A stretch of DNA of 64,000 nt from contig NC_089432.1 of NCBI RefSeq assembly GCF_026210795.1, forward strand, positions 5,084,001-5,148,000, read 5' to 3'. Made by a program: the position numbers and the translations under genes. Below are positions 14,093 through 25,147 of this stretch, in pieces; within the stretch, counting starts at the first letter, position 1, and each line of letters starts with the position of its first letter. The notes under the pieces are model-generated. The model ran no database searches. It had not been told where the DNA came from and worked only from the letters and a program-made list of their open reading frames with translations. Source of the stretch: Rhizophagus irregularis. Its lineage: Eukaryota.

Positions 14093-16131
14093 TCTTAATA
14101 TAAAAAATTTTTTTTTTTATTATCTTTACATCTTTCTTATATCCTTTGTTTCGGTACGATTATGCTCAAATAATTAGTTTATTGTCTCGATTCGTTTTCG
14201 TTATTGAATTCGTTATATTGTATCGTTATACAATTTTTAAAACTTATCAAGAAAGTATACGCACTTTTTGTGGAAAAATCTTTTTAAGTTTTAGGTTACA
14301 CCTTATTGATTGATTGTTCGAATAATGCCAATTTTTTTTTTTCAAAAAAAAAATAATAATAATTTTGTTGCTTTGTTTCTTTCTCTTCAATATTAAAATG
14401 TTCTATTTCTTTAGGACTTGTTATTTTGTTATACAGATTTTATTAAAATAATCGGTCTCCATATATATATTTATATATCCCGAATATATTAATTTCGGTT
14501 TAAAAAATCATTAGAAATAAAAAAAATGAAAAAAAACTGATGACAAAATTGTTATCTATCCGCAACTTCCATTATGATCGGTTCTTTTAGCATAACAACG
14601 TAATTTCCTGAAAGAAATTTAAATTGAGTAACTTTGAAAATTCAAATATGGTTTTTTTTTATTTAGCTGCGCTGATTCAAATCATGTGATATGCTGTAAT
14701 ATCAGATGTCACACTCTGCACTGAGAAGGCTTGTTTAAGTAAAATAAGCTAATCCTCTCACATCACATCAGGTTTGTATTTTAACGTGTACACAAGGTGT
14801 GGTATGATGCACATCGACAAATAATACATTTAACACATGAATACATTAAATAATAAACTACTTGGAGTGATCAGTATGTGAACAATCGCTGCTGAAAATT
14901 GCTTGAGCGAGAATTTTGAATACTTAGAAGACAAATTTATTCCGTATTATTGCGTATTACGGTAGTTAATATCCTTTAGTGTAGTGTGGGTTTCAATGAG
15001 AATTTATCTGGAGAATTGTTTAGAGTTATGGTACATTGAATTTTTAGTTTAGTACCTTAATTGCATGTCTTCCAATTGAGTTAAAAGAAGTTTTTATTAA
15101 AATGGAGTTATTATGTAATATAGAATCATTGAAAAGGTTTTATAATCTTTCTTAGAAAAGAAAATTTGATTTGAAATTAAAGCAGTGAAATAACCTTTCT
15201 AAATTTATATAGGAAATCTCGCACTTCGTTTCATATTAAAAATTGAAGATATAAAGTCATAACCTCTTAATCTCGCATCGATGCTGAATGTAAATGAAAT
15301 AACATGGATTCTTGTATATGATTGTAATCTACTAAAGTATGTTCATTTATCGGTAAAACAAATCTTCATTGGGACTTGTGGTATTCATCATGAATTCTTG
15401 CTTTTACTTGAATAAGTATATCATTCGAAATATTATAATGATATAGTTATTTAATTTTGTGGTAAAGTATTATTAAAAAATTTAAAAAGGATTGATCATT
15501 TCGGTATATTATATTGGACACAATCATAATACTACTCTTAATGCTGAGATTAAAAATGAGTTTAACTATTATCGAATAGAAATGAATGTCTAGATAATTT
15601 TTTTTTCGGTAATTAACAATTACGATATCTGATATGTCGAATAACGTAATTTTAGTACTAAAATTTGTATATATTTATCTTTTATGGTAAATCCAGAAGA
15701 AAAAGATTTTATCATTATCGGTGTACTTATTAATTAATTAATATTGTCAAATATACTTACTGTATATTAAATCTTAATCAAGTTAAATAACATAAAAAGG
15801 TGACACAATACAGAGTTTGCGCGTGAATCCTTCTTTTTTTGGGCAATGACAGGATAAAGCGTTATAATATTTTATTAAAATGGTAGTTAAACAACTATTA
15901 ACATGTTATTTTATTTGTAAGTAAAAATTTTAAAATTATTCACTGTTTAGTACGCAAAAATTGAATAACTGATAATTGATCAGCGAATTAATTTATTACA
16001 CGTGATTACTAAAGTCAGATCTGAAATAATCGATCTGCATGCATGCTGTGTATACCTTATTTAAATAAAAAAATTTTTTCGTACTCGGATAAATATAACT
16101 TTTTCATAATAATATTATATACATATTCAAA

Positions 16132-18345
16132 ATGTCTGAAATGAACGAATGGGTTAAGTGGATTGATGAAGCTATTGCTAAAAAGCATATTAAGCATTAC
16201 GAGTATAAATATTTTAAACATATTCAAGAAATTGGTACTGGTGGTTTTGGAAAGGTTTATCGTGCGAAATGGAAAATTCATATCAATATTTTGCGTTAAA
16301 ATCTCTTCTTAATATTGAAGAGGATGCTATTAAGGAACTTGTTCATGAGGTGAATATAAAATATGCATATTTATATGTTATTTCTGTTTAAAAACTTATT
16401 TTATGTATAATTTATATATTTAGATTGAGCTTCAACGTGAAGTTACTTCCATAATAACGTTATTAGCTTTCATGGAGTTACTATTTCAGATCAAGGTAAT
16501 AAATAAAATATTTTTTTAAAAAAATAATATATGTTATTATATTACAATAAATTTAAAATTTATTCTTTTTTTTAGAGAATCAAAGTGACAACATTAAGAC
16601 ATATCTTTTAGTGATGGAGTACGCTGATGGTGGTTCGCTTAGCAAGTATTTGAAAGAAAATTTTGAGAAACTTACATGGGAAGTTAAACTTAAACTTGCT
16701 TACCAGTTGGCTAGTGCCGTATCATGCTTGCATGATGAAGACATAATACATCGTGATTTGGTGATAATTTATCAAATTTATTTATAAAATAATTATTATC
16801 AATTATATTATTTTGCCATAACAATTTATTTATTTTCTTATTATAGCATTCTAATAATGTATTAGTCAATCAAGATACTATTAAATTGGCGGATTTTGGA
16901 TTGTCAAAGAGAATCGAAGCGTCAACTAAAAAGAAAAAAGATTTATTTGATGTAGTTCCTTATATGGATCCAAAGAAATTCAGCAATAGATCATATTCTT
17001 TAAATAAGAAGAGTGACGTATACAGTGTAGGCGTACTTTTGTGGGAGATATCAAGTGGTAAACCACCTTTTTATGTAGAAGGAGAGTCATATGATGGTTG
17101 TTTAGCTGTGCAAATTATGCAAGGCCATAGAGAAACTACTGTTCCTTATACTCCCATTGAATACGTTAAGCTTTATACTGGTAAGTTTAATACTTTTTTA
17201 TTTATTTGTAAAAATAGTATTATAATTGAAAATTTGAATTTTTTTTTAGAATGTTGGGACGACAACCCAAAGAATGGCCATCTATTCAAGAAGTTGTTGA
17301 AAGATTAGATGGTATAATTAATCAAAGAAACGAAAATATTGATGAGAAATGACAAATAAAAATATAGTTTTAAATAGTATTGAAGAATCATCACATGGAG
17401 AATTATCTCAGGTTACTCAAGAATTCAATAAAATGAATACAAAAGAAATAATGGGAACTATGACATCAAGTAATCAAATTATTAACCAAAATTTGTTAAG
17501 TGTAATAGTTAATAATATTACAGAATTTATTTTTGAAGTGGTAAATAATAAGAGAAATAATGATAAGTTAAGACAGAAAGTTATTGATTATTTTAATAAT
17601 CGAAACATAAATCCACAAGAAATTTATAATTGGCTATTTGATAATCAAAATTATAATTCAAATTCAATTTTCTTGGATTTTTTAATTTTTATGGAATTGA
17701 AACAAGTGAAAATAAAAAGATGGCTTTTGATTTATTTATTAATGCTTCTGAACAAGATCATATATTGGCACAATATTTTGTTGGTTTTTGTTATATGTTT
17801 GGAAATGAAACTTCATTAAACTATTCATTAGCTTTTAAATATTATGAAAAAGTAGCTAATAAAGATTATGCAGTAGGACAGTTGTTTACTGGGTTTTGTT
17901 ATGATTATGGATATGGCATAAGTAAAGAACCAAAACTTGCTTTTTATTGGTATGAAAAAGCTGCAAATAATGGAAATATAGTAGCCATGTATAACCTTGG
18001 AAGTTCTTATAAAGATGGAAAAGGTGTTGAAAAAGATATAGATAAAGCAATTTATTGTTATAAAAAATCTGCAGAACAAGGTGATGAAGATGCTCAACAT
18101 AAATTAGAAGAATTAACAAAAACCAACTGGGTATTGTTATAGTAATGGATATGAAAACTTACTCTTTATTGGTATGAAAAATCTGCAAATAATGGGAATA
18201 TAGTTGGCATGTCTAATTTTGGCTATTTTTATAAAATTGGAAAAGATGTTGAAAAGGATATAGATAAAACAATTTATTGGTATAAAAATCTACAGAACAA
18301 GGATATGAAGATGCTCAAGTATGATTAGAATAATGAAAACCAAGT
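16132..18345 (+). pseudogene. Kinase + 4 Sel1 repeats, copy 3, frameshifted, with a duplicated Sel1 tail
   Basis: Same 5-exon layout as copy 4. One A is missing at ~16273 (stop in exon 1), with further indels near 17270, 17349 and 17670. 18120-18345 is a second decayed copy of the last Sel1 repeats. Confidence 0.88.
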
Positions 18346-20837
18346 TATTTATGTAAATTTATTTGTAATCTGTAAACAATTTCAGTTATTTATTAATAAA
18401 TCATTTGTATTATAAATGTAGTGTATACATCTTGAAATGTTTAATTTATAACTATGTTAAATATATTTACAGATAAATTTATATGGCAAATCAGCATTAA
18501 TTAATATTATTAAAATTTCTTGTAATGCGACATTAAATGTTATTTTATGGGTAAAATCATCATGTATTTTTTTAAAGAGTTATATTTTTGAAGTTAGATT
18601 TTTAATTTATTACTAAACTATTGGGAAATTTACTTACCTAAATAAAGGATGAAATTAACTATAATTACTATATTTAATAATTTTATTCATACATTATATT
18701 TTTTAAATTACCAGTACTCTCAAAATTGACCAGTAAAATTTAACACAGAACATTTGATTTTAGACTATTTATTTGCACAAAATAAGTCAACAAAATTCAC
18801 ACTACAAGTAATACATGATTTTCACTAAAAAAATTGATCATTGATCAGTTCATGTTTAATGTTATCTGATAATATGATCAGATGCATGTTCGCATGAACA
18901 TATTTTACCGTAGTTTTAGATTTGTAAGTTTTATCAGACAGTTAATGTCTAAATTAAAAATTGTAATACTGTATGGGAAAAGAATAATCATGATACTAGT
19001 TTTCATATTGACCAAATATTTTTATTCCAAAATTTTCTTTCTTTTTTTTTTTTTATGAAAAAGTGCATTTTTGTTCGGTCTCTGAAACTTAAGGAAATTC
19101 CAACCTTGTATTGTAATTTTAATTTTAAAAATATAGCTTAAACGCCAAAAAAATATCTAAATTTAATTGATATGAGATGTATTTTGTACTGTTGATTACA
19201 TGTGATATAATGGGATATTTTTTTGCTTTTAAATTAATTGCAAAAGTAAATGCTATTACTAAATTTTTTAAAACTTCATTTGGCAGGTTTTGGCCAGAAA
19301 CATCAATTTTTACCGGCACTATATTTTTAATGCTGGTTGATCGTCATAATTTCAGCCACCGGTGATCATCACCCCGGTGATAGTTAGAAAAATTCTATAA
19401 TAAACGTTTAAAGAAAGTTTAAAAAATTTCTTGGGGTGTATAAATTTGATGAGTAAACTTGAAAAGAAACTCTCAAATAAAAATCATGAATTAGAAAATG
19501 AAATCGATTATCGAAGATTTTTTCAACTGAAGTTAAATCAGTTTCAGAACACTGTGGAATATTGGACTGTAAAGTTTCAAATTATTTTTCATAACTTATT
19601 TGGATTTTTGAGGCTGATTCCTATAAAAAAGGAAAATTAAAAAAATTTAATTAAAAGCTTTGAATATATTTTTTTCAATATTTGGGATTTCCGGTTTTCA
19701 TGTTGAAGCCGATTTCCTAAAAAAGAAAAAAAGGTCAGAAATGATTTCTTTTAATAGTCTAGAATTCATTCTTTTGAAACTTACCTGGGATAAAAAAAAA
19801 ATTTTTTTTTAAACCATAACTTGGAAATCCAGCGCCCATTTCGGATCATTTCGGAGCTGGTTTCTCTACAAAGATGGATTTGGTAAAATATACTCAGCTG
19901 AATGGTCAGTTCCTTCTTTTTTTAAAAAAAGATAAATTATTTCAATATTACAGTATAAAAATCCTTTTCTTTCTATGCTTTTATTCAAAAATAAAAGTAA
20001 ATTGATAAGTAAAAAAGATGATAAAAAATTAAGAATTTCCGATTAAAAGAAAAAGTTTTTTTTTAAAAAAAATTTTGGTCATTGACATGTTAAAAAAGGA
20101 CAAAAATTAGTAATAAAAAAATAAAAAATCAAATCGTTTATTAAACGTTTCTTCGAAAAAGTTCAAAATTCTAAAAGAGGAAAAGTTTCGATAAAGTTTA
20201 AATTTTAAAAAGGGGAAAGTTTTGATAGTTTAAAATTTTATTAAATGCTATACATAGTGACTAATTTAATATAAATAGCGAAAGGTTTCAAAATATTATT
20301 TATTTATTTTATTTTATGTGAAGAATGGCAGGATCATCAAAAGGGCAAAACTAACTTATTAAGGAAAAAAACCCAAGGTTTCAAAATATTTATTTTATTT
20401 TATTTATTTTATGTGAAGCCAGACAGCCAAATAAACAGGATAAACTCCCATCGGAGTACAATCCTAATTCTTGTCATCATCCCGCCAGGAACCAATAAAA
20501 GCTCAAGGAAGGACCCTAACTTCTAATTATATAAGAGGGCCATAGCTTATCTTACCGCTACGGCCAACGTAAGGATAAGGAACATCCATGATAATAAAAG
20601 AAAACCATAACGAATGTAAATATATAACAATCTATATAAAAAAAGATCCATATTTTTCTTTTGACCAAAAGGCTACCAACCGTAAATACTGTCATGGTTG
20701 GAATGATTCACACTATTCTAAATTGTTATCTAAAAAAAAGATAAAAAAGAAAACCAAAAGCATGATAGCATATACAAATTAAGAAAAGAAACCTAAATAT
20801 AATAACGAAAATAATTGACTCTAAAACTAAAAAAAAA

Positions 20838-22876
20838 TTATATATTAGCAGAGGAACCTGAAGGATCTGCTTCTGAAGAGTCGTCAGCTTTAGCAGGGAT
20901 GTAACGCCTTCATTTTAATCGATCAATGGAACCATATATGGGTATGGGTAAAGTGTGATGTAGTAAGACGTTTGTATGGACGTCTTTCGATTTCCTTGGT
21001 ATCATCAGAAGTAATGACATTCGAATCCTATTGCGAAGGATTGTTAATATAATATCTTCCGCCTTTAGAAGGAACGTAAAGTTCATCATTCGTCATAGGT
21101 GGGATAACAGATATGCTCTTTCCAAGATTAAAGGCATCGTTGAAGGTGGTCATTTCTTGGTAAAGTTTAAGTTGGAAGTTAATATTACCTTCCATCATGC
21201 TATATCGTGAAGCGAGATTCGACATATTTTGGTGGTGATACTCAGATCGTAAAGAATGCCATTTTATGGCTCAGTTATGGCATTCGTAATGTTTAACACT
21301 TGTGCCGTGTAGGGCAGCTTCTTGCTTTCCTTTCCCTTTAATAAGGTCTTGAATACGATCATTTTCTTTGACAAGCAATTGTTGACGTTCCTCAAGAGAT
21401 GAGCGTGAAGGAGGTGGTGTTGATTTACGTTCAAGATCCAACTTATACATATAAGTAAACCATTCGCGAGATCCAGGAATAATAAATTCACCTGAGGCCG
21501 TATAAAGAGGCTTCTTAGGAATAATGTCTTTGTATTTTGACGGAAAAAACCCATTCGGGATAGGGTTATATTGTTCGACCGTATAAATTAAAAGGTCTTT
21601 CTTGGGAGTAATCTCCTGATTGTAAGGAATCTTGAAGCCATAGTCGGGATAATCAAGACCATGGGTGTATTGAAGATATTTAATCGGCTTGTAGATATAT
21701 TGCGATGGTAAAAATAAAAACCGGTAGCGTTGAGCAGTAATCAGCTGGTGCTTCATTGTATCAAGGCGATTATGTTCCTTGGCATGAAAAATTCATCGGC
21801 ATGCCCTATGATGGCGTATTTTCTGCGCTTTCGCTATTTTAGCATTTTTACTACGCGTAACTGAAAAGGTGTCCAGCCATTTACGATACATTTGCTTATT
21901 CACATGATGTATAACTAAGCCTTTAGTACGAGCAAGATAAGATTCCTTATAACTAATTCCCAATCGTTGGGATACAACATCTTTTTTCCATCTGCAATTC
22001 CATCTGTCATGTAACAAATTAGCATGTGAGCGCTTGTCGTTGACCGGAGTAGTAATGGTTGAGGTGAGGTCCTGACGTCCATGATTTCGGACATTATTGA
22101 AAGTATCATTACGAAAGAAAAGTTGTTGATGCATAACACAGGAGCGTCTACATTGAGACATAACAAAGGGGCTAGGAACTTGACATTTATTACAAGGGTG
22201 TAAAACGGTGAATGTGATGGTTGTTGAGAACAAGGGATATATTCCAAAATGAAAATGATATTTCTTATATGTGAAATTAAAAAAAGTACGAGTCGTAGTA
22301 TTATGTTCACGTAAATTATTAGCACGTGATGAAATCATTTCTTTACGAGCCAATAATCTATCTCGAATAAAAGAAAAAAATTTTTGTTGTATTTTGCGAG
22401 GTAAAACTCTTTGTGAAGAAAAAAAGTGTGTAAGCATACAACTAATTCTATATTTGTCATTCAGTGTTGAGCTCGTGTTGTGATAAAAGATAGGGGTACT
22501 TTTCATATGATAATCATTTGTGTAAATTTTAAGATGAATATCATTGGTGTTTTGAGGTAGATCATTTAACTTGAAAAAGTAACTTCTTGATCGTCTGATT
22601 TCATAAATCTTGTTGTATCCAGCCCTATTTGGACGGGTCACGTGAAATTTAGAAAAACGGAAATTTTCCCACCGGCGAAGAAGAGGAAGAAGGTTTATTA
22701 AAAGGTTTTTTACTATGAGAAGTGTAAGAAGGAGTTGAAGGAGCGTGAGATATAATATCTTTACGAGTAGAAATTTTGTCTAAAACTCTTTTATTAGAGT
22801 GTTGGTTAAGGTTAGTGAAATCATTATTTGGTTTTTCGTAACTTTCATAATCGTCTATGCGAAGAAAAGAGGACAT
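20838..22876 (-). pseudogene. Unit B ORF: basic protein of unknown function, ~680 codons, broken by stops and frameshifts
   Basis: ORF pieces 22649-22918, 21793-22641, 21271-21756 and 21028-21225 are collinear with the unit A protein; the last three share one frame and are separated by single stop codons. No introns are needed. Confidence 0.8.
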
Positions 22877-23505
22877 ATTTCCTTGGGTTTGGGTATAATA
22901 AGAACAGTAAAACCTCATCTTATGCCCGAGGCACCCTTCCGGGCTTCTACCTCTTAAGAGTGTTTATAAAATAAAACTTATAATGAAACCTACGCTATTT
23001 ACTGTGGAAAACTAACAAAAATAAAAAAAGGGGAAAGAGTTTTTTTTTTTTTCCTCCCAAGGTTTCAAAATATTTATTTATTTATTTTATTACTAAAAGA
23101 GTGTTAGAACCCAGACTATTACAAATAAAAGAAGGAAGAGTTCAAAAAGACTTGAAACTAATATATGTGTATAGACCTTTGTTCGTCATCCCCTACGGGA
23201 CCCCACTCTTCGATCTGTACTATTTGATAAAGTAGGACTACGCTAAAAAATCAAATGGGAACAATCAAAAAGCTAATCTAAAAAAAAAGAAAAGTTAGTT
23301 GATCCGTATTTTTCTTTTGGCCTAAGCCACCACCTGTAAATACTGTCATAGGTGGAATGGTAAACACTATTCTTATTGTATATACTATCATTGTAAGTTT
23401 AAAAAGATAAAAAAAAATAAGAAATAGACAACGTCTATATATAAAAATGATTCCAAAATAATGAAATACTAATCTATGAATTCAGATATGAGAACATTAA
23501 TAAAA

Positions 23506-25147
23506 TTATTTAGACGATCCTGCCTGCTCAGAATCAAGAGCTAAAGGAGTATCTAGGCGAGAGCGTTTACGTATGCCATAAGAACTCGAGTTATTATCAA
23601 AGTTGCGATCATTATGTTTCGAAGGACGGTATTCAATTTCTTTGGTGTCATCGGACGTGGATGACTCGGTAGGGAGTGTATTATCCTTATAAAAGAATAC
23701 TGATCGTGTGGTAATACACTTTAAACTAAGAGGAGCTAATACGCCAGGGTAGTTAATAAAAAAAGAATCTATTTCCGATTGTAAGAGTTTCTTCTTTTTG
23801 CTTTTCTTTTTCTTGGAAGGGGTAATAGGTTGAGAATTTTTCATATTAACATGATAAACATCGCTCCACCTCATTAAATCAGACACTTGACGTTGTCAAT
23901 ATTTAACGTTTTTAGAACTAGTGCCATGGTATAAGGCTAAATCATGAATTCTAATATCTTCTTGTATTATAAGATCGGTTATTTCCTTTGAACGTTCTTC
24001 TAGATGCTGTTGATAACGAACTCTAGAAGCTTCACCTTCAACAGTAAGTTCATCAATTCTAGCGGTAAATTTAGCATCATCTGCTTTTCTAAGGCGTTCA
24101 TCATGGGTATCTAAATCCAATTGATACATATAAGTAAACCATTCCCTAAAGCCAGGGCAATAAATGAACCAAAATGATCATAAATAGGATCAGGTGGTAT
24201 TATATCTCGATATTTGAGAGGAATAAACATGTCCGGAGTAGGATTATAAGGAGCGACCGTATATAATATTTCATTGTTAAGAACTGAAGCTGAAGTCGTA
24301 GCTGTGGCAATGGAAAAATTACTTGTAGCCTTTGGTCGGCTGGTCGTATTCGTATTAGTACCAAAATAATGAGGAATAGTAAAATTATAATCCTTTTGTT
24401 TGGGAATATCAACAGTTTTCTTATAACGTAAGTGTTTGAGAGGAGTCGTAAATTTTTGAGATGGTAAGAAAAGGAATCGTCCTTTTTTAGCCGTGGCCAG
24501 TTTCGTTGATGTACTGGAAACAGCTCCTGGTTTAGTAACTTCTTGTGATAAGATACGATGACAAGAGCGTTCGAATCTAATTTGCTGCTTTTTAGCTGTC
24601 CTCAGATTAGGACTTGGAGTTAGTTGGAAGTTATTCATAAGTTTGTGATAAATGTGAGTACGTCCAGGTCTGAGTTTACGATTTGAATTGCAAACAACAT
24701 ATTTTGAGTTATAAGAGATGCCCGTTCTTGAGGAGAATATCGATTTTGATTCTTTTTTTATCCATCGGTCAAATGTCAAATTAGCGTGGAACTGTTTATT
24801 TTGATGTTGATTACTACATGTAAAATCACCATGTTCGTTTCGTACAAAAGCTATTGCAGCTGGGTATTTGTGAAAAAAATGTAAGCCACATCCATATCTC
24901 TTATTAAACATTACTATAGGACAAGGAACCTCACAAGGTCGAGGTAGAATAGATAAGCCTTTTGTCTCAATCATATGGTCACAAGGGATAAAGATACCAA
25001 AATGAAATCTATATCTTTTGTACGAGAAATTAAAAAAAGTTTTCATTGTTGTATTCTTATTGTTGATTTTACTCTCACGTGACTTGATAAACGTGATTCT
25101 ATCTAATAACTTTTGGCGTATCATATCAAAATATTTTTTTTGAATAC
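23506..25147 (-). pseudogene. Unit A ORF, C-terminal part (paralog of unit B protein)
   Basis: Pieces 24111-25124, 23896-24129 and 23506-23886 share FFNFxYKxYxFHFGI, HANL..DRW, GISY, FLFLPSQ, KYxDIIP, HGTS and TSDDTKEIE with unit B; one frameshift near 24155 and one internal TGA. Confidence 0.82.

Noticed and set aside
17828..18119. Antisense ORFs over Sel1 and kinase exons (also 39405, 48814, 52598, 16057, 37504)
   Set aside because: Shadow frames of the real genes.
20470..20495. Hammerhead ribozyme or C/D snoRNA at ATGATGA/ATGACGA
   Set aside because: No CTGA core, GAAAC or D box in a suitable position; kept only as a shared motif.
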